Source: Candidatus Aenigmatarchaeota archaeon (GTDB taxonomy: Archaea; Aenigmatarchaeota; Aenigmatarchaeia; JACPZZ01). Taken from it: a stretch of 46,526 nt of DNA. Below the pieces are notes generated by a model that did not search any database, was not told the DNA's origin, and saw nothing but the letters and a program-made list of their open reading frames with translations. The first letter of the stretch is position 1, and each line of letters starts with the position of its first letter. Shown in pieces: positions 1 through 9,689 of the stretch. The stretch spans positions 1 through 46,526 of the forward strand of contig JAZDLW010000005.1 of assembly GCA_043801595.1 (NCBI GenBank), read 5' to 3'. A program made the translations under genes and the position numbers.

Positions 1-735
1 AACTATATTCAATTCGGATATACCGTAACGTTGTTTCTGCTTTTCATTGCAGGGTTGTTTTTTGGCCTGCTAAACAAGAATCAGGATCTCAGGTCAATGG
101 CCGTGACAGGCTTGTTTGTGTTCGGCGTCCTTGTATTGCAGACAATAAATGCGAGGACCGAAGATTCTGTGCGCGCAGCAATGATCGGTGTCATACCGCT
201 TGTTTCATTGGGAGGCGTTTATTTTTCTGAGCTTATCAGGTCGTTGCTTGAAAAAAGGCAAAGCAAACTCGCAAATCAGGTCATGGCTGTTATTGCAGCA
301 GTGTTGATCGTTTTTCTCGCATTCTATGGCTTCAGTATATCTATGCAAAAAGTTTCCGACATGAAATCCGTAAAACAATTCAGCCCGGACTACATAGAAG
401 CCTGCAAATGGATGAATGACAACATCCCGAAAGGTTCGTACACTATAAACCTGTGGGGAACGCCCTGCCAGTTCTATGCCCCGAAAATAAATTCCGTGTG
501 GACAGACCTGAGAGAACTGCCGGATATTCTGTTTTCAAACAGCGATGCGAAAGTGGTCCCGCTGCTCCAAAGAAACAACATCAGCTACATAGTGGCTGCG
601 AAATTCTCAATTAGCAGCGAAAATGTGGTTACGTCAACGCCGCTTAGCTTTGTCCAATATTTGCAGAATTCTACCAAATTTTCGCTGGCTTACGAAAACA
701 CGGCCACGCTAATATACAAAGTAAACTATAGTTGA
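1..735 (+). CDS. C-terminal part of a polytopic membrane protein, probable GT-C fold glycosyltransferase (5' truncated by window edge)
   Basis: Frame is open from base 1. Several TM helices are followed by a soluble tail (EACKWMNDN...W...NISYIV...IYKV) typical of archaeal GT-C/AglB-like C-termini. Confidence 0.6.
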   Translation, partial: NYIQFGYTVTLFLLFIAGLFFGLLNKNQDLRSMAVTGLFVFGVLVLQTINARTEDSVRAAMIGVIPLVSLGGVYFSELIRSLLEKRQSKLANQVMAVIAAVLIVFLAFYGFSISMQKVSDMKSVKQFSPDYIEACKWMNDNIPKGSYTINLWGTPCQFYAPKINSVWTDLRELPDILFSNSDAKVVPLLQRNNISYIVAAKFSISSENVVTSTPLSFVQYLQNSTKFSLAYENTATLIYKVNYS

Positions 736-740
736 TAATC

Positions 741-1790
741 ATGATGCTGGCAATAATTTTGACTGCGACCGTTTCTTTTCTTGCTTCATTCTTCGTATTG
801 CCGCCGTTCATACGTTTTCTTGAAGCATCGGGCATCGTAGGAACGGATATCCACAAATCGCACAAACCTAAAATAGCGGAAATGGGCGGACCCGCAATAA
901 TGGCTGGATTTCTGTCTGGAATATTTTTGTTCATCTGGCTCAACACATTTTTGCTGCCGAAACAGGCCGGCATTTTGAGCATCAGTGAAATAGGCCGGAT
1001 GTTCGCGGGCATATCTACGATCCTGATAATCATGGTAATCGGAATGGTCGATGACATAAGCGTCCTTACCAGAGTAAAAGAAGGTGTTAAGGGGTTTGAA
1101 AAATACAAGCGCACCGGACTGAAACAATGGCAAAAACCTTTGCTGACATTGCCTGCGGCAATACCTCTTATGGCAATAATGGCCGGCGATTCGACAATGT
1201 CGATACCGCTGGTCGGAACAATCAACTTGGGCGTGTTTTACCCGCTGCTCGTAGTGCCGTTGGGTGTGGTTGGCGCTTCAAACGCGATGAATATGCTGGC
1301 AGGTTTTAATGGTCTTGAGGCCGGATTGAGTTTCGTAACGCTTTTGTCAATGGGTATGTTCGGTTACATCAACGGTGAAATGGCCGCGGCTGCAATAGCT
1401 TTTGTAATGGCCGCTGCTGTTTTGGCGTTTCTGGCGTTCAACTGGTATCCGGCAAAAATAATGCCCGGCGACAGCTTCGTTTATGCAACTGGCGCGACGC
1501 TGGCTGTTGTGGCAATACTCGGCAACATGGAAAAATTTGCTGTTTACATTTTTGTCCCGTGGATCGTTGAGCTCGTATTAAAAATGCGTTCTGGATTCAA
1601 CGCGGAAAATTACGGACTCTTAAATCCGGATAAAACGCTTCGTACGCAGTACGGAAAATCTTACTCGCTTACCCACATCGCGATGAGATACGGAAGGTTT
1701 AAGGAATGGCAAATAAGCGGCGCAATAATCGGTCTGGAAATAATCGTCTGCATAATTGCCTTTTTTGCATCCGCCGAGGTTTTTCTGTAA
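741..1790 (+). CDS. UDP-GlcNAc:dolichyl-phosphate GlcNAc-1-phosphotransferase (GPT/AglH, MraY-like family)
   Basis: Motifs GTDIHK..K..IAEMGG, GMVDD, SNAMNMLAGFNGLE and FNWYPAKIMPGD; ~10 TM. ATG at 741 preferred over TTG 732. Confidence 0.9.
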   Translation: MMLAIILTATVSFLASFFVLPPFIRFLEASGIVGTDIHKSHKPKIAEMGGPAIMAGFLSGIFLFIWLNTFLLPKQAGILSISEIGRMFAGISTILIIMVIGMVDDISVLTRVKEGVKGFEKYKRTGLKQWQKPLLTLPAAIPLMAIMAGDSTMSIPLVGTINLGVFYPLLVVPLGVVGASNAMNMLAGFNGLEAGLSFVTLLSMGMFGYINGEMAAAAIAFVMAAAVLAFLAFNWYPAKIMPGDSFVYATGATLAVVAILGNMEKFAVYIFVPWIVELVLKMRSGFNAENYGLLNPDKTLRTQYGKSYSLTHIAMRYGRFKEWQISGAIIGLEIIVCIIAFFASAEVFL

Positions 1791-1801
1791 GTGATGTTGT
1801 T

Positions 1802-2416
1802 ATGAAAATCGACATGCATGTCCACACAAAGTATTCTGGCGATTGCGGCATGACTCCGAAAGTTATTGCGAAAGTGGAGAGGCGTTGCGGCATTGGATGC
1901 GTTGCTATAACCGACCACAACGCTTTCGCTGCTTTTGACGATTTCCGCGGTACAGGCATAAGCGTGATAAAAGGCGAGGAGATTACGACAGACAAAGGAC
2001 ATCTCATCGGCCTTTTTCTGGAAGAAGAAATCATGTCAAGAAATTTTTTTGATGCATGCGACGAAATAAAACGCAACGGCGGTTTGCGCATGTTGCCGCA
2101 TCCTTTCCGTTCGCATGCTGAACCGGAAACGCTTGCGGAATCGGTTGATCTTATCGAAATTTTCAATTCGCGGACAAGCGCAGGGCTGAATGCAAAGGCG
2201 CTAGAGCTTGCGGATAGACGAAACATTCCGGGTATATGCGGCAGCGACGCGCATTTTGGCATGGAGCTCGGAAAATGCGTCGCAGAATTGGATTTTAATA
2301 ACGCAAGAAAAGCCCTGCTAAAAGGAAATGCAAAACTATATTGCGAACAAAGTCCGTTCTTTGTGCACCCTGCCACGTGGGCTGTCAAACTGGCGCGAAA
2401 ATTTACCGGCCGCTGA
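1802..2416 (+). CDS. PHP-family metal-dependent phosphoesterase
   Basis: DMHVHT, AITDHN, GEE, GHL, PHP, EIFN and GSDAH motifs. ATG at 1802 preferred. Confidence 0.9.
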   Translation: MKIDMHVHTKYSGDCGMTPKVIAKVERRCGIGCVAITDHNAFAAFDDFRGTGISVIKGEEITTDKGHLIGLFLEEEIMSRNFFDACDEIKRNGGLRMLPHPFRSHAEPETLAESVDLIEIFNSRTSAGLNAKALELADRRNIPGICGSDAHFGMELGKCVAELDFNNARKALLKGNAKLYCEQSPFFVHPATWAVKLARKFTGR

Positions 2417-2474
2417 TCATTTGATTGCAACCACGCACGGATGGAATAGGACTAAAATGCATTGCCGTATACGA

Positions 2475-3545
2475 TTATACGAACTGTTCCCAGTATTTTA
2501 TTTGGTCCGCTATCGTTTGTTCGAATTTTATTTTCGGCTCCCAACCGAGTTCTTTTTTAGCCTTCGAGTAATCACCTATGAGCAGGTCAACCTCGGCCTT
2601 CCTGAACCTCGACTTATCGATTTCGACTTTCATCTTCCCTTCAAGCCCGCTGAGCTTTATAGCCATGTCGACAACGTCGCCTATTCGCCAGCCTTTTCCC
2701 GAGCAGAGATTGTAAACTTCGCCGTTTTTCCCTTTTTCTATTGCAAGCATATAGCCGATGATTATGTCCCTCACATCCGAGTAATCGCGCACAGGAGCCA
2801 TGTTTCCAATAGTCAACGTGTTTTTTCCGTGTTTTTTCCCTTCTGCGACTTGTTTCGCAATGACGGATGTTACAAATTCCTCGCCGCGCCTCGGACCCTC
2901 GTGGTTAAACGCCCTCGTGCGAACAACCGGTATGCCGTATGCTTTGTGATGGCAGACGCACATGTAATCTCCTGCGACTTTTGACACGGCATAAGGCGAC
3001 AAAGGCCTCAGACAATTGGTTTCCTTTACCGGAATTTCCGGTATGACTTTTCCCTTTGCATCAAGCATTGGTTGCGGTGATACGACAACGCCGTTTTTCA
3101 AAAGCTCCTGATAATGCGCATCGTCTTTTATGACAAGTCCATACTCTTCGCTCGAACCTGCGAAATGCATTTTCTCGAGTTTGTCGTAATGGCGAACTGC
3201 TTCAAGAAGATTGGCGGTTCCTATTATGTTCGTGTAATACGTGTCCGTAGGAGACTCGAAGCTCCTTGTAACATAGCTTTGAGCGGCGAGGTGAAATATG
3301 ATATCGATTTGGTTTTTCTTCAGCACATCGGAAATGGCAGACATGTCGTTAAGGTCGCCTGACACAAGCTTTATTTTGTTCATGATGTGGCCTATGTTTT
3401 TCCTGCTCGGAACAGACTGGCGTCGCACCATACCGAAAACTTTCGCGCCGTAGCCCTTAGAGATTAACGTTTCCGCCAGCCACGAACCTACGAATCCCGT
3501 GATTCCTGTTATCAGGACGTTCTTTCCATTCCAATAGTCGGACAT
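2475..3545 (-). CDS. gmd: GDP-mannose 4,6-dehydratase
   Basis: ITGITGFVGS, HLAAQSYV..SF, SSEEYG, SPYAVSK, FNHEGPRRG, RD, R.AEVDLLIGD.SKAK..LGW. Confidence 0.85.
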   Translation of the reverse strand: MSDYWNGKNVLITGITGFVGSWLAETLISKGYGAKVFGMVRRQSVPSRKNIGHIMNKIKLVSGDLNDMSAISDVLKKNQIDIIFHLAAQSYVTRSFESPTDTYYTNIIGTANLLEAVRHYDKLEKMHFAGSSEEYGLVIKDDAHYQELLKNGVVVSPQPMLDAKGKVIPEIPVKETNCLRPLSPYAVSKVAGDYMCVCHHKAYGIPVVRTRAFNHEGPRRGEEFVTSVIAKQVAEGKKHGKNTLTIGNMAPVRDYSDVRDIIIGYMLAIEKGKNGEVYNLCSGKGWRIGDVVDMAIKLSGLEGKMKVEIDKSRFRKAEVDLLIGDYSKAKKELGWEPKIKFEQTIADQIKYWEQFV

Positions 3546-3578
3546 GATAGTAAAATATGCGGCAATGTTTATATAAAC

Positions 3579-5081
3579 TCAACAAGCAAATCCGCTCAAA
3601 AAAGTCCTTGTTTTACCCAGAAGCTTTTTAATGCGCCCGGATGATCTGCCTTCAAGCTCTTCCACCACACATATATCAAGACTGTCAAAAAACCTCATGA
3701 ATAACAGTGCGAATGCGTATGTTATCGCGCCTGTGAACGAGCCGATTATCCACGCATATTGTTGGTCTATGATATCAGTCACGAAGACCGAAACTGCGAA
3801 GAAGACTAACCCGCCTGCGACCAATTTCAGCATGTCTGCACCGCCGATCTCGAACCTGATTTTTCTTCTGAGAAGATAAAAACTGGCAAACATCATTGCC
3901 AGGGTCGACAGCAAAAACGCCATTACTGCACCGGCAATGCCGAACCTCGTTATTAGCACAAAACCGGCCGAGATATTCACGAATCCGCCGAAAAGATTCA
4001 GGTTCCTGAACGCGTTTACCTCGCCTGCCGAATAAAGCATGTTGCTGAAAATACTGGCAATGCCGGAAAACAGGTAAGCGACAGCCATGTACACGAACAG
4101 ACCGGAAACCGGAAGGTATTCGTCCGTTGTCAGCAATTTTATGATGTTAACGGAAAATATCGATAACACTATGACTAGTGGCAAAACTATGAAGGCGGAA
4201 TATTTTACACTCCTGGTTATCAGCTCTTTTATGTTTTTCGTGTCATCCGACGCCCATTTCTGCGAAGATGTGGGAAACATCCCCTGCGATATGAGCTGCG
4301 GAATCATCTTTACCGGCGACGTTATGTAAAACAGTATTGAAAATAAACCCGCATTGATCGGCGTTGATAGGAAGCCGAGCATGACTATGCTGCCCTGGCT
4401 TACAGCCATTATACCTATGCTGCTCACAAGAACCGGGGTCGAATAAAACCATATTCTTTTTTTGTCCGGTTCTCCGCTGCCGACGGGTATCCACTTTATC
4501 CTGAGAATCAGCGCCGCTGCCGCCGATATGATAAAACCGTACACCGGACCGAGATAACCGAACCCCAGAATTATCAGCGGCATTGTCACCAGCAACTTCA
4601 AAAGCGAGAGCGCGCTGTCCGATATGAAAATTTCCTTCATCCTTTGCAAACCCATCATGTAGCTCGTCGTCATGTACACAAGATTCGCCGCAGTCATTAC
4701 GACTATCGCAAGAAGTATGTCGTTGCTGCCGAACATGCCGTAATATCCGAATACGCTGGAAAGCAGGAAAATAACCGAACCGAGAATGATCGTCGTTATC
4801 GTCGTCGTCTTTAGCGTCCAAAGAACAGCCGATGATATTGCCTTTTTGTCGTTTTTCATCTGGTACTCGGGAAACAGCCGTGTAACAGCCGCGTTCATTC
4901 CCATTGTCGAAATGCCTACGAGGAAAAGCGACGTGTTAAATAGCACCGAAAACTTTCCTATCTCGCCGACAGGAAGCATTTTGCTCATCAGCACCCAGTA
5001 AACATAACCACTTAACGTGAGAACGATCCAGTCAAGGGTGAGATAAAACGTGTTCGATATTATTCTCGCTATGCTTCCCAT
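3579..5081 (-). CDS. Wzx/MOP-family oligosaccharide flippase
   Basis: 500 aa with ~14 TM helices, MATE-like pattern (FGIAGAVMA), inside a glycan cluster. Confidence 0.85.
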   Translation of the reverse strand: MGSIARIISNTFYLTLDWIVLTLSGYVYWVLMSKMLPVGEIGKFSVLFNTSLFLVGISTMGMNAAVTRLFPEYQMKNDKKAISSAVLWTLKTTTITTIILGSVIFLLSSVFGYYGMFGSNDILLAIVVMTAANLVYMTTSYMMGLQRMKEIFISDSALSLLKLLVTMPLIILGFGYLGPVYGFIISAAAALILRIKWIPVGSGEPDKKRIWFYSTPVLVSSIGIMAVSQGSIVMLGFLSTPINAGLFSILFYITSPVKMIPQLISQGMFPTSSQKWASDDTKNIKELITRSVKYSAFIVLPLVIVLSIFSVNIIKLLTTDEYLPVSGLFVYMAVAYLFSGIASIFSNMLYSAGEVNAFRNLNLFGGFVNISAGFVLITRFGIAGAVMAFLLSTLAMMFASFYLLRRKIRFEIGGADMLKLVAGGLVFFAVSVFVTDIIDQQYAWIIGSFTGAITYAFALLFMRFFDSLDICVVEELEGRSSGRIKKLLGKTRTFLSGFAC

Positions 5082-5144
5082 TTCAATCCCGATGCCCGAT
5101 AAAAACGTTAATAATATAACAAAGGCTATTTTGATAAAGATTCC

Positions 5145-6248
5145 ATGAAACCGAAGTTGTTGATTATCAGCAGGGAGTACGCGCCCATGATAGCGGGCGT
5201 GTCGAAATACGTATCCGAAATCGCAAAACGTCTGAATGTCGAGAAAACGGTTTTAGCCCTGAAAGTCGAAGGCCGCCAAGATCGTGACGTTGAAGAGGTC
5301 GTGTATCCAACTTTTGCGAAAAAACGGGTGATAAAGGCTGCGTACTTTGTGCTGAAATCCGTGGTAAAGTCTGTCCGCAACGATTACGACGTGCTCGTCG
5401 GAAACGCTTTTATCGGCGGCATCGCTGGCGCGCTGTCAAAGCTGTTTACCGGAAAACCGTTGGTATCGATAATATACGACATTGATTTTCTGGATCGCAA
5501 CGCCGCTGAATACGGAAAAGTCAACAGGTTCTTCAGGAAACATGCAATAGGTTTTATACTCGCATCGTCCGACAAGATCATCGTGGACTCGGATAAGGTG
5601 GAAAAGGACATAATGCGGTTATTCGGCACGGACCGGCAAAAAATCGTGACAATACCCTGCGGCATAACGCCCGCTGGAAAATTCAGGAAATTCGGAAAAA
5701 CCTCGAAAAGGGTGATATTATTCGTGGGAAACATGGCTGAGAAAAAGGGTCTGACCGATCTCGTTGAAGCGATGGCACTGGTCGTGAATAAGATTAAGAA
5801 TGCGGAGCTCTGGCTTGTCGGTCCTGACGCAGGCCTGTTCGCGCAGTTCAAGAAAAAACTACAGGAAATAGTTTCGAAGCTCGATTTGTCCAGCCGTGTA
5901 AAATTCATCGGAGCTGTAAAGCTCGTCGAGCCTTATTACGAAGCGTGTGATTTTCTGGTCCTTCCGTCGCGACATTCCGAGGGTTTCGGATTGCCTATCG
6001 CCGAAGCCGCTTCTTTTGGGAAGCCGTCCGTTGCCACACGGATATTCGAGGAAACGGGCGTAATAAACAAAAAAACTGGGTTAATAGTTCCGGAACAGAA
6101 TCCTGAAAAACTCTCGGAAGCCATGCTGAAGTTCGTAAAAAATAAAAAACTGCGCACAAGCATGGGATTGAACGCCAAAAAGTTCTCTAAAAGGTTCGAT
6201 TGGGACAAAACCGCGAACAAATTCGAAAAAGTTATCAACGATTTATAG
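5145..6248 (+). CDS. GT4 glycosyltransferase
   Basis: ILFVG...KKG and SEGFGLPIAEA (EX7E) motifs. Confidence 0.9.
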   Translation: MKPKLLIISREYAPMIAGVSKYVSEIAKRLNVEKTVLALKVEGRQDRDVEEVVYPTFAKKRVIKAAYFVLKSVVKSVRNDYDVLVGNAFIGGIAGALSKLFTGKPLVSIIYDIDFLDRNAAEYGKVNRFFRKHAIGFILASSDKIIVDSDKVEKDIMRLFGTDRQKIVTIPCGITPAGKFRKFGKTSKRVILFVGNMAEKKGLTDLVEAMALVVNKIKNAELWLVGPDAGLFAQFKKKLQEIVSKLDLSSRVKFIGAVKLVEPYYEACDFLVLPSRHSEGFGLPIAEAASFGKPSVATRIFEETGVINKKTGLIVPEQNPEKLSEAMLKFVKNKKLRTSMGLNAKKFSKRFDWDKTANKFEKVINDL

Positions 6249-6269
6249 GCTTTGTTTTATATTATAGGC

Positions 6270-7232
6270 ATGGACAAGGTAAAAATCGCCGTGGTCGGCG
6301 TCGGGTTCATGGGTTTCTCGCATCTGCGCACTTATTCGGAGATGAAAAATTGCAACGTTGTCGGCGTTGTGGACAAGCTTCCGGAAAGCCGCGAACGCGC
6401 AGAGCGCACTTTCCGCGTAAATGCCTACGAAAATTTCGACGATTTAGCAAAGGTCAACGAAGTCGATGCTGTAAGCATCGCTGTTCCGACGCAGTTCCAT
6501 GCATCGGCCGCAATACCGATACTGGAAAAGGGTATCGATGTGCTTTTGGAAAAGCCGATAGCGGCAAACTTAAACGACGCTGAAAACATAATCAGGGCCG
6601 CGAAAAAGGGCGGCGCCAAGCTTATGGTGGGACATATAGAAAGGTTCAATCCCATGGTCAATAAGGCGAAGGAAATAATTGCTAACCAGCAAATTTATTT
6701 CTGCGGAGCTTACAGAATGAACCCGCCCGGCCGCAGTTCGGACTCCGTAATCATCGACCTGTCAACTCACGATATAGACGTACTTCGCTACCTTTTGTCA
6801 TCGGATGTCAAGAAATTCGGCGCCGAATCCGTGTCGGATAACGGCGTTGAAAAACATGTTGTGATAAACATGACATTCGAGAACAACGTGAAGGCCATGG
6901 TCGTGAGCAGTTTGCTCTACCCGATTAAAAAACGCGAGCTCGTCATACTCACCAAGGAGATGCTGCTGGAAGGCAACTACATAACGCAGGAAATAAACGT
7001 TTACAGAAAACACAACGCGAAAGAGCCGGAAAGTTACTCCCAGTCGCTGATAGGAACCATAGAATATGAATTGCTGAGACCGTTCATCCAGAAAAACGAA
7101 CCTTTGAGGCTTGAGCTCGAACATTTCATAGATTGCGTAACGAGCGGCAAAAAACCGCTAATAAGCGGAGAAGACGGGCGTAGAACTCTCGAAATCGCGT
7201 TGGGTGTGGAACAGCTCTGCAAAAAAGGCTAG
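6270..7232 (+). CDS. Gfo/Idh/MocA oxidoreductase (WbpB/WlbA-like UDP-sugar 3-dehydrogenase)
   Basis: GVGFMG, VPT..H, EKP, GHIERFNP and DL.THDID motifs. ATG at 6270 preferred. Confidence 0.85.
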   Translation: MDKVKIAVVGVGFMGFSHLRTYSEMKNCNVVGVVDKLPESRERAERTFRVNAYENFDDLAKVNEVDAVSIAVPTQFHASAAIPILEKGIDVLLEKPIAANLNDAENIIRAAKKGGAKLMVGHIERFNPMVNKAKEIIANQQIYFCGAYRMNPPGRSSDSVIIDLSTHDIDVLRYLLSSDVKKFGAESVSDNGVEKHVVINMTFENNVKAMVVSSLLYPIKKRELVILTKEMLLEGNYITQEINVYRKHNAKEPESYSQSLIGTIEYELLRPFIQKNEPLRLELEHFIDCVTSGKKPLISGEDGRRTLEIALGVEQLCKKG

Positions 7233-7966
7233 ATATAAAACCCGCCGTTTATTCCAATCACTTGGCCTGTCATATAGGACGAATCGTCCGATGCCAGATA
7301 CGCGGCAAGTTTTGCAACTTCTTCCGGCTTTCCGAATCTGCCGACTGGTATCTGCTGGACGATTTTCTGTTTTATTTCTTCGGGTATCGATTTAACCATA
7401 TCCGTCTCTATAAAACCGGGCGCGATCGCGTTAACTGTTACGCCGTATTTCGCACATTCCTTGGCTATGGATTTTGTGAATCCGATTATTCCCGCCTTTG
7501 CCGCAGCGTAGTTCGCCTGCCCTATGTTGCCCATCTGCCCGATCACGGACGAGATGTTTATTATCCTTCCCCATTTTTTGTTTTTCATGTATTCCAGTGC
7601 ATTTTTGGTGCAGTTAAACGTGCCAGTCAGGTTGGTCCGTATTACCGAATCCCATTGCTCCGCTGTCATGTTCTTAAGAGTCCTGTCGGAATTTATTCCC
7701 GCATTGTTCACAAGCACGTCCACTCCGCCAGACTTCGACGCTATTTCCGCGAACATTCTTTCAACCTGCGCAAAATCGGATACGTCGGCTTTAATTATGG
7801 CCGTATCCCCGCCGGACTCCGTTATCATCGACGCTGTTTTTTTCGCTTCCGTTTCATTGGAATTGTAGTTTACAAAAACAAAAAAATCCGATCTCGACAG
7901 CTCGAGCGCAACCGCCCGCCCTATTCCGCGCGAACCGCCCGTAACCAATGCAATTTTACCTGTCAT
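7229..7966 (-). CDS. fabG: 3-oxoacyl reductase / acetoacetyl-CoA reductase (FabG/PhaB-type SDR)
   Basis: TGGSRGIG, NNAGI..D, GRIINISSV.G..GN.GQANYAAAKAG, APGFIETDM. Confidence 0.85.
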   Translation of the reverse strand: MTGKIALVTGGSRGIGRAVALELSRSDFFVFVNYNSNETEAKKTASMITESGGDTAIIKADVSDFAQVERMFAEIASKSGGVDVLVNNAGINSDRTLKNMTAEQWDSVIRTNLTGTFNCTKNALEYMKNKKWGRIINISSVIGQMGNIGQANYAAAKAGIIGFTKSIAKECAKYGVTVNAIAPGFIETDMVKSIPEEIKQKIVQQIPVGRFGKPEEVAKLAAYLASDDSSYMTGQVIGINGGFYI

Positions 7967-8017
7967 ACTCCTTATTAATTATCGCCGATTTATATCTTAG
8001 AATTTAATATCATAGTT

Positions 8018-8707
8018 ATGACCGGGATAACGAAACTCGGCAGCAACATAAACATACACAAAACTGCAAAAATAGTCGGCAACGTAGTTATTTTCGATAA
8101 TGTTGAAATAGGGGAAAATTGCATAATCGAACCCAACGCAATAATAGGTCACCCGCTTACGTCTTACTACAATGACGGTGATTACAAAAACCCGAAAACC
8201 GTAATAATGGACGGTTGCATAGTGCGCTCCGGAACGACTTTATACTGCGGTGTGGAACTCGGAAGGAATGTGAAAACCGGTACGAACGCGATCGTGCGCG
8301 AAAACTGCAAATTCGGAGAGAACACTATAATCGGCACAGCCGTTCAGGTAGAAAATGATACGGTGGTAGGAAAGGATACTATGTTGGAAACCGGCTGTCA
8401 TATAACGGCGTTCGCGGAAATCGGCAACGACGTTTTTGTTGGTCCGCATGTCGTGACAACAAACGACAACAAAATGCTACGTCCTATCGACAGGAAAATG
8501 GGCAAGAGCGTTGTGCTGAAAGGTCCCACGCTTGAAGACGGCGTGCGTGTGGGTGCCAATGCCGTGATACTCCCCGGTGTTAGAATCGGAAAAAACTCTG
8601 TCATTGGAGCAAACGCAGTCGTTACATCGGATGTTGCGCCAAACTCTGTGATGCTCGGCATACCCGCAAAGTTTGTTAAAGAAGTTGGCGAGGAATACAG
8701 GATCTGA
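8018..8707 (+). CDS. Hexapeptide-repeat N-acyltransferase (WbpD/WlbB-like)
   Basis: Left-handed beta-helix repeats; VFVGP.VVTTND and GANAVILPGV.IG...G.PAK. Confidence 0.85.
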   Translation: MTGITKLGSNINIHKTAKIVGNVVIFDNVEIGENCIIEPNAIIGHPLTSYYNDGDYKNPKTVIMDGCIVRSGTTLYCGVELGRNVKTGTNAIVRENCKFGENTIIGTAVQVENDTVVGKDTMLETGCHITAFAEIGNDVFVGPHVVTTNDNKMLRPIDRKMGKSVVLKGPTLEDGVRVGANAVILPGVRIGKNSVIGANAVVTSDVAPNSVMLGIPAKFVKEVGEEYRI

Positions 8708-8711
8708 CAAC

Positions 8712-9689
8712 ATGGAGCTTGAAGGATTGAATTGTCTTGTGACCGGTGGAGGAGGGAATCTGGGTTCATACGTAGTAGAGAAGTTGCTGCCAGCCGGCGC
8801 GAACATAACGATAATGGAACGCAGAAGCCACGACCACCTCAAATTGGAAAATCTCAAAAACGTGTTGAACAAAATTTCCGTTGCTTGGGGCGATATACGC
8901 AGCACAAGAGACTGCCACAATATGGCAAAAGGACAGGACATTATTCTCCACATCGCCGCATCAGGTCCGGTTCCTTACAGCATCGACTATCCAGCAGAAG
9001 TATGGGACAACAACGTAAACGGAACGTTCAACCTTTTGGAAGCAGCTGTGAAAGCGGGCGTAAAAAGATTCCTGTACATCAACTCGTCTGAATCTTACGG
9101 TCGGGCAAAACACGTGCCGATAAATGAGGAACACGGCTTCTATCCGTGCTCGCCGTACGGAGCCAGCAAAGCGGCGGGGGAACTTCTTGGCCAATCATAC
9201 TATGAGTCGTACGGGCTCCAATTCATATCGGTCAGGATGTTCAACATGTTCGGCGTGAGGAGCGTTCCTTATTCGGTCATAAACAAATTCATAACATTGG
9301 CACTCGACGACAAACCGATAACGATAGCAGGAAGCGGCGAACAGAAAAGGGATTATGTATACACCGAAGACGCCGCGGAGGGCGTTGTTAAGGCGCTCGT
9401 GTGCGACAAGCTTGTCGGAGACAGTGTAAACATAGGTTCAGGCAAGAGCTTCTCCGTTTTGGAGATAGCGAACATAATCAAAAGACTGGTAGGGTCCGAA
9501 AGCGAGCTTAAATTTTATCCAGGCAGACCGGGCGAGGTTCCGCACCTGCAGAGCGACATAACAAAAGCTAAAAATATTCTCGGATGGACGCCTAAACACA
9601 CGTTCGATGAAGGAATTAAACTGAGCATCGAACACATAAAGAAAAACAGGGAACGTTACAACGTAAAACCTGTCAGCAAATCGCTCTAG
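8712..9689 (+). CDS. NAD-dependent nucleotide-sugar epimerase/dehydratase (extended SDR)
   Basis: TGGGGNLG, SSESYG, SPYGASK, RDY motifs. ATG at 8712 preferred. Confidence 0.9.
   Translation: MELEGLNCLVTGGGGNLGSYVVEKLLPAGANITIMERRSHDHLKLENLKNVLNKISVAWGDIRSTRDCHNMAKGQDIILHIAASGPVPYSIDYPAEVWDNNVNGTFNLLEAAVKAGVKRFLYINSSESYGRAKHVPINEEHGFYPCSPYGASKAAGELLGQSYYESYGLQFISVRMFNMFGVRSVPYSVINKFITLALDDKPITIAGSGEQKRDYVYTEDAAEGVVKALVCDKLVGDSVNIGSGKSFSVLEIANIIKRLVGSESELKFYPGRPGEVPHLQSDITKAKNILGWTPKHTFDEGIKLSIEHIKKNRERYNVKPVSKSL

Noticed and set aside
3030-3140. ~30-aa insertion in GMD after SSEEYG, considered as a mini-intein
   Set aside because: No intein N-terminal C/S or C-terminal HN motifs and far too short; more likely a surface loop.
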